Of a DNA stretch of 64,000 bases, positions 47,362 to 61,442 are shown one piece after another. The notes under the pieces are model-generated. The model had not been told where the DNA came from. It made no database searches and saw only the letters and a list, made by a program, of their open reading frames with translations. Position 1 is the first letter of the stretch; every line of letters starts with the position of its first letter. The DNA comes from Nemertoderma westbladi (lineage: Eukaryota; Animalia; Xenacoelomorpha): positions 124,001 through 188,000 of the forward strand of contig JAUCBJ010008313.1 of the NCBI GenBank assembly GCA_032718475.1. The letters are read 5' to 3'. The translations under genes and the position numbers were made by a program.

Positions 47362-50300
47362 ATGTCTGATACAAAGCAAAACCTGTCAGACAGTCTCTTA
47401 GATACAACCATCTGTGACCCAGATAGGAGTGTGGAACGTGTGAGACCGAAGTTCAACTCACCTCCTACTGTAAGAAAGATCATCCCTCCAGTAGTAGTAT
47501 TAGATCCTAGGCTGGTCCAACACCGTAGGTCTATCATAGGCACTCGAGCTCAGGTCAAGCGGGACCAAGAAGCAGCGGAACAGCAACAACCCGCGAGCCG
47601 AGAACTTATTTCTCAGCGGACCGACAGCTCCAGTAGTGCGGATACTGTAGAGCTGACACCCGAGTGCGGAGCAAAGATGGCAGATGCGGTTTATTCGGAT
47701 CCCCTTCTCATCCTTCCTGCAGCCGTACTCACTAGGGTATTGATTGCGGTGGAGGAACACCAGATTGATTGGGCGAGAAGTAAGCGATCGACCAAGGATA
47801 GTTATGCGGGATATACAAGGGAAGAACTGAAGTCTATTGTCGAGTCGCAATGGAACTTCCCCGGACCCGGACTCCCATTTGACTTATCGGAAGCTGCCTG
47901 GGAAGACATACACAGGATGGGAGTGACAAAAGAAACCAGCGATCCAGCTGTGTGGAAGAGGTCAGCAGCAGGATACGTACAGGTATTCTTCAGCTCTATG
48001 GAGCGATTAAAGGAACAACTGTTTCGACAACCCCAAGGACCTCAAGAGCAGGGAGAGCTGCTTTATCAAGTTAGAGAAAGAATTCTACGAATCAGGCTAA
48101 TCTTATCGGCCTTTGAGGAGGCTTCTAAAAGAAGACAAGACACGTCGTTGCAAGTTGCCATAAAGACTTGGTTTCAGCGGGTGAGTCTCCAAGTTCAAGG
48201 AACTGCCCAGTGGAAATCTCAGCTGGCTGAGCGCTCAACCCACGGAGAATCAACAGACGCTACATTTTCCCAAGTGGAAAGTGAAGCGACGGCAGAGAAA
48301 CCGCATAAGAGGGATGCTATTGACATCTATCTGTCGGACTATCAACGTTTTGTAGGAGATGAAGAGTTGAGGAGAAGGCTAGATGGACTTAGTCCTAACA
48401 GTGAAGGAGCCAAGCTTGTGTTGGACGCAATCGATGCGGATATGATAGCTGCGAACCAAGCTAAATTTGATGAAAGCAGCCGCATCGCTAAGGTCCAAGA
48501 AGAACAAGTAAAGAAAAAACGTATAGAAGACAGAAAGATAGCAGCAGCGGCAATGGCAGTGGCAGAAGCGGAAAGAAAGGCGGCAGAGGCAGCGGCAGAG
48601 GCGGCAGCGGCAGAGGCAAAAGCGGCAGCGGCAGAGGCGGCAGCGGCAGAGGCAAAAGCGGCAGCGGCAGAAGCGGAAAGAAAGATAGCAGTGGCGGAAG
48701 CAGAACGAAGAGCATCTGAAGAGACCGCCCAACTAGAATTGGAAAATCTGCAAGAGAAGCAAGACTACATAGATAAACAGAGAACAGCTACTCAGTGGCA
48801 GCTGATGAATCGATCCACCCCCAAGAGACAGGGTTTTACATCATCGGATGAAGGTGATACAACCGACCCTGAAGGCGGAGGAAATCGATCTCGTCTCAGC
48901 AGACGCAGAAGAATGTCCCACCGTCAGAAATTGCCTGATTTGCCCCCTGCTGTTCGAAAGCAACTAGCTAGAACAGACTTAGGTAGTACAGAACCCACAG
49001 ACCAAATTATTAAAATAGAAAGACTCCCTACTATAGTAGATGAGCCTGAAATAATTAGGCCTGTTCTCGAAACCACCCCTTCAGTAATAGAGACACCTGT
49101 ACTCCCAGAACCTACCTCTAAATTCCCTTTGCATAGCACTAAGCTACCTGTGCCCAACAGAACAGCCCATGAGACAGTTCCTGTTCTGGACTCCGGGCAA
49201 AATATCAATGATTTGTCGCCCGTTGTTCCCCATCCACTCGCTACAACGTTGGCGGCTCCCGCTTCGGCGGTCGAGTGGGTGGATGAGAGACGGCGGGGGA
49301 TGGATCTCCTGCTCGGGCAGATGCAGGAGACTGTTAAGCAGTTCAAGGGCACTGTAAGGGAAAGTAGGTTAGAGTTGCAAGAAGTGCAGCAAAGTATCGC
49401 GTTAGAACGCGATAAATTAGTAAACACACAAAAGGGTATACCACCACCCCCTGTAACAATGTGTCAACCTGTTAGGTCTGAAGTATTTCATGCGCAAGGT
49501 GTGGAGCCTACACGCATCTATACTGCTAGCGAAGTGGAAACTCCTATAGTAAACCCTATTAAGGGTAATTATAAACCTGTTGACAATGATATCCCATATA
49601 GACTTGATAATAATCCGAGAAATTTATAAACCGATAACTCGATATTAAATAACACGATGGCCCAAGAAAGTTTTACGCGTCAAATGGCTAGAACCGAAGC
49701 CCGTCAAGCGGTAAAGGTGGGAGAGATTGTCAAGTTCAATGGAGATGAGATGAAATGGTTACCTTTTAATGAATATTACAAAGATAACATACAGAACTCT
49801 GTGCTATCTAATGGAGAGAAACTTAGATTCCTCATCGAGTGCTTGGAAGGATCTCCCAAGTTAATGGCGTTAAAGTTTATTGGACATCCAGATGGATTAA
49901 GACAAGTTTGGGATACACTAAACATCAGGTATGGTAATAGGACTAACATAGCTAGGTATTTATATGCGAAATTAATGACGCCCCGAAAGTTTCTTAGCAG
50001 CGGGATTATAGAGTTTTCCGACGAGATTCAGGAGATCTGTAGACAACTAGATAGGTTAGGTAAGTCTCATGAATACCAGAATTCTATGGTTGTAGGAGCC
50101 TTAGCATCTACTTTGCCCAAGGGTGGAGTAGGTACACGCTGGGACAAGAAAGTGTTATATATGATGGAACAACAACAAAGAGATCCTACCATGGCTGATC
50201 TCATGTCATTTTTAGATGGAGAGGTAAAATTACAGCTCCTAAAGCAGTCCAGAGAGAAGACACCAGAAAATAAGGTAAGTGAGAAACCCGTTTCTAGGAG

Positions 50301-50793
50301 AAAGGTAATACCAGTGTGTTATACAGACGACGGCGGAAGCCAGGCTTCTCAAGAGGAAGACAGCGGGAAAGACACTGAAAGATCTTACTATGACAACAAA
50401 ACGCCTAAAGAACAGGTAAGTAAATTCAAGTCTCGAACCAATGACAGGAGAGAACAGGTAAGAAAAACTCCTTCTACGTCTCGTAAGAGAATTCAGTTAA
50501 GAAAGCCCGAAGAAAGAACGAGTGTGCACAATGTTACTCAAAATAAGGTAAGTAACATTAAACCGAAATGTGCGATATGTGACGGGACCCACCGTTTGAA
50601 TGTGTGCGACGAATTCCTAAAGAAATCATTAATGGATAGACGGGAAGTCATGTGGGATAAGCGGTTGTGTTATAATTGCCTCAGACAAGGACACCAACGG
50701 CGAACCTGTTACTCCGACGCAAGGTGTGCAAAGTGCGGTGCGAAACATCATATCTTGTTGCACACTGAATTCGAGCGAAATTCAGTGATGTGA
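47362..50793 (+). pseudogene. gag: BEL/Pao C gag (long N-terminus with Ala/Glu repeat; DUF1759 core; three knuckles)
   Basis: KFNGD...KLRFLIECLEG...RYG; CAICDGTH..C, CYNCLRQGH..C, CAKCGAKHHILLH; split at 49629/49657. Confidence 0.92.
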
Positions 50794-53700
50794 ACGACAC
50801 TGACCAAAGTTCTGAGATGGAAGGATTCTATACGGACGAATTCTCCGACGAAGACGAATCCTGTTACATGATAAATACCGCAGTGTATCGAGCACTTACG
50901 TATGAAAAGGACACCGACAGCGAGCTCACCCTAACTACTTCTGACCGACAACCATCTTGGAAAGCACCAACTTCCAATGTAGGAATCCGAGAATTTCCAG
51001 TAGTGCAGTTAAGGGTCCACGGACCTAAAAGGAGTTATATAGTGAACGCCCTCCTTGACTCCGGTAGCACAGGAACATTCATCGACAAAGAACTAGCCGA
51101 AGACATCTTTGCTGGACAACCCAAGTTCCAAACTAAGCTAAACATGTCAGGAATTATGCAGGTTTGGAAATCTACCGTAATAGCGGATTATTATGTAGGC
51201 GCGTTGTCCACCCCCCAGGATGAACTAGGAGAACACAGCATAAGGTCAGTAAAAATGGTAGTGATAAAGAACTTCGCTACCAGTGGAACCAAGTGGAACC
51301 TTATAACTGGGATGAGGATGATTTCACCCAGCAGCTTGAAATACCTAGATTCAACACCGAATACCCTGGAGTGCAAATACTCATCGGTCAAAATGCGCAT
51401 GAAGCGCTCGAGACATTGGAGAAACGGCCTGCTCAACCGCAACCACTACAAGCTTATGCGGGAAGAACTAGAGTGGGTTGGTACTTTACTGGCCCTTCCC
51501 GTAGAACTCTCATGGAAAGATTACCGAAAGATCAGGTATATCAAGTAAGAGAATGGGAAGTGTAGAGCAGTGAGTTAGACGATCCAACTGAGGGAACTCC
51601 ATACTCCTCAGATAACGACGATATCCACAAACTCTTCGACGAGGAGAATACAATTGATCTCCTTACGGAAAACGAGACTTGGCAAAACCAAGTGAACCTA
51701 TGTCAGCTCATTCGTCCATCAGAACGAGTTGACTATAACGACGAACTGAATGACTTCATTGAACGTTATAATGCAAAAACTCGGGATGAACACGCCGTAC
51801 GATTCTTTACTCAAGAGGCTGTAGAGCCCAATTCCTACGATAAGGCCCTATCGGTAGAAGAAGAAAGAGCCAAGCAGATCCAAGAGACAACTACACGTTT
51901 TCTTAAAGATCAAGGTAGATATGAAATCGGTCTACCTTTCCGAAAGCGAGAACCAAAGTTCATAAACAACAGACCCTTGGCGGAGAAAAGAATTGCTCAA
52001 CTACATCGACGCCTTACGGCAAATTCTTCAGCTAAAGAAATGTATCAAATGCAGTTGAAGAAATTTATTAACAAAGGATATGCGGAGCGAGTACCGGAAG
52101 AAACACCTATAACTGAGAGAACGTATTATTTAACACATCATTACTTTCCCAAACCCGGTAAACCTCATGAGGTACGAGTAGTGTTTGACTGCTCCGCCCT
52201 TTACATGGGTCAATCCCTTAATTCCGAGTTGTTACCAGGACCCAACTTACTCCAATCCTTGTTGGGAATACTCTTAAGATTACGACAATATTCAATCGCT
52301 TTCGCCTCCGATATAGAAGGTATGTTCTTACAAGTCAAGGCGCTGGATAGGGATCGAGATAGCCTACGATTTCTGTGGTGGCCTGAAGGAGACCTCAACC
52401 AGAAACTGGTGGAATATTGGATGACCATCCAGACTTTTGGGATAATCTCGAGCCCTTTAAACGCCTGTTCAGTGGTGCGCACCTCTGCGGATGACAACCG
52501 GGAAGCCTTCTCTAAAGAGGTGATCGACAACATCAAACGGGATATATACATGGACGACAATCTAAAGTCCCTTCCATCAGTCGAAGAAGCCATTGATGTC
52601 GCTAAAGGAACGGTAGAGTGCTTAAAAAGAGGTGGATTTCGATTAACTAAATTCACCAGCAACTCCCGTGAGTTTCTGGAGTCGATCCCGGTAGAAGATC
52701 GAGGAGCGAAAGACCTAGATCTAATCAAAGATGATCTTCCAGAAACCAAGACACTTGGTTTGAAATGGGACACAGAGAGAGATATCCTGTTTTTCCAGCT
52801 AAAACAGCGAGATAATCCAGTTCGGACTAAACGGATTTGTTTAAGTATCCTGAGCACTTATTTCGATCCATTGGGATTTATTAGCCCAGTTATATTGATT
52901 GCTCGGTGTTTAGTACAACAAATGTGGCTTGAAAACCACTCATGGGACGATCCACTTAAGGGAGAATTATTAAAGAAGTGGATGAAATGGGAAGATTCTC
53001 TACCAGCCATAGAGAACTTTATAATTTCCCGTTCATATTTTGGTCATGTTCTCCCTACGTATTCCTATCAACTCCATGTGTTTGGAGACGCCAGCGATAT
53101 GGGAATAGGTATAGTAGCCTACCTGAGAGTGGAAACTCCGGATGGAATCAAAGTCGCCTTGGTTACCTCTAAGGCATTGATAAACAACAAGTTGAAAGTT
53201 CCTAAAAGCCTAGTTCTAGTTCTAGTTCTAGTTCTAGTTCCTAGTTCTTAAAAGCGGCTCTATACGCTACAGCCATCGGCCGGAATGTAACAGAACAGAT
53301 CGATTATCCATTGGAGAAAACTGTCTATTGGACCGATGCTTTACTCGTGTTGGAGTATATAACCAATGAAGTCTGTCAGTTCAGCGTCTTCGTTACCAAC
53401 AGAGTAGCCATTATACTTAGTCGCACGAAGATGGATCAATGGAGACATTGCCCCGGAACGATCAATCCAGCAGACATCGCCTCCAGGGGAGCAACTCCAC
53501 AAGAACTGGTAGATACTCCAGACTGGTTAGGTGGACCCGACTTCCTCTACAAAGAAGAAGAAGAATGGCCTCCTCATCTTACTACAGCTGAGATTAGACA
53601 GGCCAAGGGAGCGGAGAAAGTCAAACCTAAAACTCGGGCGAGTAAATCGAAGTTATTTAAACCTATGGTAGATCTGTCTGTACTACACACTTCCGGAGAC

Positions 53701-55467
53701 GACGCTTTGGATCCGAAACCTACATCCATAAATAAGTCTGTTGTGGAAATCCGTGAGAAGGATTGGAAATCTGGAATACCAGACGTCTCGCAAGGACTCT
53801 CACCTCTCCTGCAGAGAGCGATACATCACTACAGTTCCTGGAATCGGCTCTGTAAGGCCGTTACATATTTAAAACGATGTTTTCATCATCACTACTCCGG
53901 GACGAAGACCAATAGTGATACCGCTCCGCTGACATCGGTGCAGGTCCATGTTGTTAAAGATCTTCCTAAATATAAGATATCCGACAGGTTTCTGAAGGAG
54001 AAGATCAGTTATCAGGAGCATGAAGAAACCAATAAGCAGATGCTGAGACTCCTGCAATGCTATGAGGATTCCGATAAGTATTTCCTGTTGTTGAGAAATC
54101 CACAGATGCGCTTAAGGGATCGTTTCTCTAGCACAATGATAGATGGGTTGATACGTGTTGGAGGAAGATTAACGAATGCTCCATTATCCTTTGACACTAA
54201 GTTTCCCATACTCATTAGAAATCTTGAGATACAAGTCAAGATGATTGTAGATGTTCACAGCAAACTTTATCATGCTGGTAGAGAACGAGTTCTTAGCGAA
54301 ATTCGAACTCGCTATTATTTTTATAAACCCCGTAGAGCTCTGAACCAAGTTCTTAGGAACTGCATACCCTGTAGGAAAGCATTCAGTAGGCCTTTAACAC
54401 AGCGAGAGGCAGAATTACCTAGGGAACGAGTAAGCTTCTATGAACCACCCTTTACTAATACCGGTGTAGATTTATTTGGCCCTATTGAAGTATATCGTGC
54501 TAGGACTATAGTCAAGAGATGGTGTGTCATCTTTGTTTGTATGACTTGTAGAGCTATCCATCTCGATATGGTGAACGATTTATCTACCAACAGCTTCCTA
54601 TTAAGCTTACGACGACAGATCGCTCGCTTTGGAACTAGTAACACGATGAGATCTGATAAGGGAACAAACTTCATTGGTGCCAACAATGAAATCAAAGCTT
54701 ACGTCAAAGATTGGAACCAAAGACAGGTGGACGATCAGCTAAGGGTAACAGCGTCTAGCTGGACCTTCAACGCCGCCGACGCCCCTTGGTGGGGAGGAAG
54801 TTGGGAGAGATTAATCAGGAGCGTGAAGACCGCATTTCACTTTATAGTGCCGTGCCGCGCGTATCTCACCGACGAACTTTTGCGGACGTTAATGGAGGAA
54901 ATCGCCGCCTATCTCAACGAGAGACCGCTTATGCCAGTCTCATCGAGTCCCGATTCCCTGGAAGCGCTAACACCCGCGCACTTCCTACTGAAGAAACCTG
55001 TAGCCATGCTCCCACAATCGGAAATCACAGACGGAGACGAATACTGCCGGCAAACTTGGCAACTCATGCAGTTGTTATCCCGTCGTTTCGCTGACCATTT
55101 CGAAAAACACTATCTGCCCACGCTACAACTTCGAACGAAGTGGTTTGCGCAGCAAGAAAACGTCAGCGCTGGAGACATGGTCCTTATTGTGGATTCAGAT
55201 CTTCCACGTAAGCGGTGGCAGACAGGTCGTATCATCGAGACTCACATCTCGGATGACGGTTTGGTGCGATCGGTAGAACTCGTCGTCATGCGACGTAACT
55301 TCAAGAAACCGGGAATTGTCTTCGAGACACAGCAGCTCAATCGCCCAGTTGGTCGTTTATGTTTACTGGAAAGAGACAGAGAACTCTCCGGAAACTATGG
55401 AAGACAAGATACTCTTCCCACGACCACCTCCCTAATCCAACAAACATCTAGGGACTCCCCAGCTTAG
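50790..55467 (+). pseudogene. pol: BEL/Pao C pol (protease, RT, RNase H, integrase)
   Basis: LLDSGS, RVVFDCS, GPNL, DIEGMF, YMDD, FDPLG, FGDAS, WTD, NPAD, GVDLFGP, SDKGTNF, GGSWERLI; several frameshifts. Confidence 0.95.
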
Positions 55468-57101
55468 TAGCGTATGGAGTGGGTGTGTGACCATATTATT
55501 TTATATTCTTATTATTTTATATTTATGTATGTATTATTATGTAATTTTATTATAATCGTTTTCTTTAATTTTATTTAGTAGAATGTTATTTTAGCGATTA
55601 TTTAGTAGATTAGTGCAATATATATTCGCGTTTATTACTTAATTACTTATATATTATATATTTAGTGCGACGGCGAGAAATAATTCTTTTTCTCTTTCCT
55701 TACTGTCCGTATTATATTACAAATAGTAACTACAGTAAGATGAAATCTCCTACTTATTAAAGTACAATAAAGCTCCTACTATATTCAAGTATTATTGGTA
55801 AGTAGAGTATTAGGAATGCAAAATTCAGATCCTCGTGTCTCGGCTAAACCAAGCTCTGGGTAGACCTTGGAAACGACTTGCCTCTTCTCACTGACATTGC
55901 TTCGTGCGATATTGCTCTCATACCGTATCTTAAATAATACATATAGTAGCGTGATGTCCCTTTAACAGTAGCGTACAACGCAAAAATAAATCTGTTAAAC
56001 CCTTTGACCATCTGTAATTCTAGTCGATTAAGATATCGCGGCACCCACCGATATACTTGAAAGACAAAATTCTAGAATCAGTGGTTAACGTCCCCAGACA
56101 AGTTCTGGAATAAACTGGTGCCCATCCTAAATGTTAATTATTAATATTTATAAAATCTGTCAAATTTCAGATCCTTTAAAATTCTAGTCGATTAAGATAT
56201 CGTAGCACTTACCGATACTCTTAAAAATGACAAATTTCCTAGAATCAAGGATCCCAGTCCCCAGATATGTTCTGGAATAAAATTGTGTCTATTTAATATT
56301 AAATAATAAAATTTACGGGAATAAATTTAAATTCATGTTTTAATGAATTTAATAGATTGTCATTTTTATACAATTTATAACATTCCCAAAATTCCTTTAA
56401 TTAATAGATCATGGGAGCGGAGATTCACTCTATTAAGTGTATTAGTGTGCGAGAATCTCCAATATATAGTCAATAGCCGATAAAATTCATAAAGTCATGT
56501 ATAGAGAGGATATTGACCATTAAAGAATTACTATTAAATAGCATCCCAGATCTGTATGCATGAGAATTACCCTAATTCTACCGCTAGCTTTCCATAATGT
56601 CACCATGGCAACAACCACGCTAGAATTAGAAGTAAGTTAAAAGAACAATAGAAAGCTTGCCCCATTGAATAGCATAGGGAATAAATAGCGCACTGCTAGT
56701 ATCCAAGGATACATAATAATAAAGTGACATTCTGGAAGGCACTTGACTAACGGACAAATGGCCCGAATGTGTACAATTTGTGACAGTTGTGTGGAATTTG
56801 TGCGTTTATAGGTGAATGTTACTGCTAAAGTGTGTTTACAGTAGCGTGTCGCAATTGTGAAAGTAGCCCTAACTCTCCAGAAAGAACCTGAAGTACATCT
56901 AAGCCTTTGGGACGGACAGTGGAGTGACTTGTGCCGGTTATCGTTGTCGTTGTGTAGCTACATCGTTGGCGAAAGCACAGCGATGACGGTACATCGGCGC
57001 TGAGGATCTTGCACTGTCCGGGGGCAAAGAGGGGTAGGCAGCGACGCCCGCTAGCCTAAAATATAAACTCATTATAATATTGATAAACTCATATAGCAGA
57101 T

Positions 57102-60100
57102 ATGACTGAGTTGATAGAAGATGATCTTGGTATCAGGGAGCGATATACTCTACCTTTACAAGCGTTTGTCGATAGCTTGATACGCGGCGACGCTGGTCCA
57201 ACTACTACGGAGGATGATGGTCGTTATATCGAACCGCCAATGTCCCAGGAGCAACTTACGCGTGAATTGGATTATAGAAAGTTCACCGCTCGCTATACGC
57301 ATCGTAATGGTACGTATATGGACTTCTTAACTACTGGCCATCCTATCGATTTACACGATACGGACGATGTAGACACCGAAAGGGAAATGGTTTTATTTAA
57401 ATATCATACCCAGCGGAGTCGGAACGATAAACCGAGAATAGAACACGAGAATTCTATTCGAAACCGACTCGAAAGAGAAGACGTTGAAGAGCCGGATAAA
57501 CGCAGCGACTTCAACGATTATCTGGAATTTCTGAGAGAAACATATCTCAATATTGCCAGTCAACAAAATCTAGAAACTCGATATCCTCAAGGTATACATC
57601 ATGATCCTATGATAGAACTCAAACGACTCTATTTCACTATGATGTATCTTACCGCCGATCGACCGCTACCTGTCGTCCCAGATAGCTTCGAACAGATGGA
57701 GGAATATTGTAAAACTGGAGAACGATCACCCGCGTTTCCCCTGCAGGACGTGCGTCTTTGGTATTACTGCGACGAATGCCCTAGACCCAATCAGCAAACG
57801 GAAAGACATAAACATCCGCGGAGACGTTGCGCTAAACACAGTTTTACACGATATACTTATGGGAGTTTCGAGCGAAACCTGTTCGACGTATCACCTACGG
57901 TCGCTCGGCTCAAACGATCCTTGAATAAACCAATGATCAGAGTTCCGGAATACTCGGTCAGACCTCCTCATTCCTCAGTTAGACCTCAGACTCTTGATCC
58001 TAATAGTATCACGGATCCTCCCGAACTGTACTCACTGTTCAAAGATCTAGTGTTACCCAAACAGTTGATCGGTGGCACTCCGGTAGTGGGCTCACTAGAT
58101 ATTCGCCAACCCTACCTAGCCGGATTAGGACGCGGTCATCTAATATCGCCGTTTAACCCGTACAACCGTCCCGGCTTCACCCCGATACAACCCGTTACGG
58201 AAGTCGAAGAGAGCGTCGTACGAAACGGGTTAGACGCTATTCGGCAGAAAATCGGAAAGGGAACTTACGATTGTTTGGAGAAACGTAAATTGCAGCAACA
58301 AGTCCAAGCGGTGAAAGAATTAGCTTTACCCCAGTTCGATAGAGAAATACAGAATCTCGAGGAGGACATCGAATGTGGACGAACCTACTCTTTACAAGAG
58401 TTCCTAGATGAGCGTTTACAACAACAAGCGGAGGAAAATCAGCTCGAGGAGAGACATATAGAACTAGATGAGAGAGAAGAAGCAGCTTTAGCCCAGCCAG
58501 AAGCTCAAATTCTTATAACCGATCTCTATTCTAAAACCATTATCCATCCTTCGATGGTTCCTCATTTCGGAGACAAACTCTTCGCCACAGCACAGCCTCA
58601 ACCGGTTGATATCAACCTAAGATCTCGAGATCTTATCGCTGACGCTCCCATGTTGCAACGTCCGCCCATCGAAGCCGCTCGTGTCGATGGTATACTCGTT
58701 GAACCTCCGGACAATAGAGCGGATCTTGTCCATCGTATGGTACACGATGTTAACATACACGCTAGACCTTTACCGAACTCGTTTTATGGGATCAAAGATC
58801 ACCCTTATTACGTCAATCTAACGCAATATTACATGGTAAAACTGGAAGATCCTACACATAGTCTGAGGTTTCTACCACTAATAAATCCTCTCAATCTTGT
58901 CGAACTCAAACAACTGCAGAAACATCTGGATCAGTTAGTTAAAGTAAACTCATTTCGAAAACCATATAATGTTTCCAGAATAGAGAAAGAAACAATACCT
59001 CCGTATAATCTTGATGGATTCATCAAAACTCGATTAGTACACTGGAATCTCGATGTGTTATTCGAGGAGGAAAGGATACAACGATATGGAGATGTAGAAA
59101 CATATACTACACAATATTTAAAGTATAGAGATCTACCTAATGCTAGCGAATGCGCTACCTTGTGGCATCCAGTGGGAATGACTCTCGAAAACGCCACTAA
59201 AGAGTGGAATGAGACTCTTAACGTTATCGAGATGTATGGAGTTGTCACTTACGATAACGAAGGTAGCGTTCCGGTTGGAGAACTGGGAACTACGCGAATG
59301 ATACACATACGAGGACTCACTGGTTTTACCCACGTATTTACTCGAGCGTGTTCCGATGTGATTGATTATTCTTTTGAGACTCTTACTGAGACACAAAAGA
59401 AACTCTGACATGGACAATTCGAACTCGCGCAGCGTTATGTCACCGACACCGAGAGCAAACCGGCCATGGGTATCGATGGATCGATGTTACCCCAGCCCGT
59501 GCTCGAAATGTTGTTTAACGAAAGAATCCTTAAAATCGGCTCAGCTGTTTATGGAGATCTACAAAACGACTTTCGGAACATGGAGAACATTCCATACCCT
59601 TTCGTTGATACTCAGCTGATTGCTCCCTGGGCAGAAGGCCGAGGTTTCTTCCGCACTATGTATGCCAATACACCCAGCAGCATTACTAAAGTACAACGAA
59701 CCTCCATCGGACATCTTGCCTTTCAAGAATACGGATGGAATTTCAAGGTTGGAAATCCTATCAATTACCAACAAGTATATGGAGATCATTATTCTCGTTT
59801 ATACTTTGATGGACCATTGACCGCACCTGGCGCCGTGTATAGCTTTATGAGTGTTCCACTTTACTTTACTTTGTCCCTCCTTAGCTATATACACGATCTT
59901 TGAAAAGGCCGCACTTTCCGGTTGGCTAGCCGATGTGTGCAGTCGTACCATACGCGCCCATCCCTTAATACTTGGAACCAAACTCGCCAAGCTAGATGAA
60001 CACAATAAATTCATCCGCTTCGAATGTTTCAGGCACTTTCTGACTCCGTTCCGTAACGTTGATAGTCAGTTCAAGGACCGCGCTCTGACCAAACTCAGCC

Positions 60101-61173
60101 TAAGAGACTCAGCTGCGGAGAAGCTAAACAGCGCGGGATTTGCCCTTTTCCAGGACGTTTGTATACAGAACTTACATTCATCTGTTATACAAAGACCCCG
60201 AATACCCACGGGTTATTCTGTCGTGGAAGTTCAGACAGTGGGTCCGCTTGCGGAGACAGCCGCATCTACCTCAGCTATGCAATTGGAAGACGAACCAATA
60301 TGCTTAGAATCTGAGGCGATTCAGCCTACAGCGCCCCGGAGCAGCGATAACGACTATGTCTTAGAGTGGTATCAAGGTCCACAATGTCTCACCGCATACG
60401 ATTATCGACACGCCAACTATGTTTCTCAAAAACGTTGTCGATTATGCGCATCGAGAGACCATTTCACCCCTATGGACTCAGACGTACCCTGCTCCTATTT
60501 CCACGAACAACCGATGATAGAGATCTATTGTGCGTATTGCAGACTTAATAACTCGCACATTTTTGCAGTCTGCCCCCAATTTATGACTCAATGCCACCAC
60601 TGTCAACTTAAAGGACATGCCAGTTTTAATTGCCCTTTTAATCGCGATTAAGAAAGCGTAGATGAGATGATTACCCTGTGCTACATCCGAGCTTGGGAAG
60701 CGAACGCGGATTTACATTGTGAGTCCCGCCATCGCTATTACCCTGGACGCGCTTACGAGGGAGTTTACGCGTTCCATCCTTTTCTATTCGCGTCTGTTGA
60801 ACAAAAAACACGCACACCGAGTTACGAACTAATGAAGCGTGTTGGTGAGTGTATTTCCACCAAATTTGTTCGAAAATATCTCAGGAACGTCAATCCTAAC
60901 GATATTACTTCATACCATTTGATCAATTTCATCCGTCAAGACCCTGAGTATGGAGATTTATTTATCAACTCGCACCCTGAGTTACAGGAAGTATCTCGAT
61001 GGCCCTACGAATATCGAGCCCGAGAACGCGAGCTGGAAAGAACCATTAAACCGAGGAAGTTTCTCACCACTCACGGTCCACCTACCGCTATTGTCCAGAC
61101 GACCCGTCAAGGACCCGTAGGAGCTGCTGTCCTAAGACGCGCCCTAAAGGCTGTTAGACCTCGCTCCACTTAA
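57102..61173 (+). pseudogene. ORF3 of BEL/Pao C: ~700-aa unknown N-terminus, DEDDy exonuclease, three CCHC knuckles (~1350 aa)
   Basis: VTYDNEG, LPQPVLEMLFNERILKIGSAVYGD, FVDTQ, SYIHD; CRLC..H..C, CAYC..H..CP, CHHC..GH..C; in-frame stops at 59408 and 60651, one frameshift near 59897. Confidence 0.85.
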
Positions 61174-61442
61174 GTTGATATTGATCAACCAGGTACCTCG
61201 ACCGGCGGATACACCGATCGTAATCCTAAACCTTCTGATGCAATTGTATTGCACCCTTCACCCAGGAGTTACAGCCCTCCTAGTAAAGTGGCTCGCCCCA
61301 AAGAGAAAAGGACTCTTGCTAGCCTCAAAAAACTGCGTAAATGCCGTCCGCGTAAGAAAGACTAACTGTTTAGAGTATTTTTATATTTTAGAAACTGTGA
61401 TTTTTATATTTTATAGACTTAAATCCCATTTTCTGGGAGCGG

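Noticed and set aside
57102-61173. ORF3 as an envelope gene or a host gene
   Set aside because: No evident signal peptide or transmembrane anchor; intronless and enclosed by paired LTRs with a TSD
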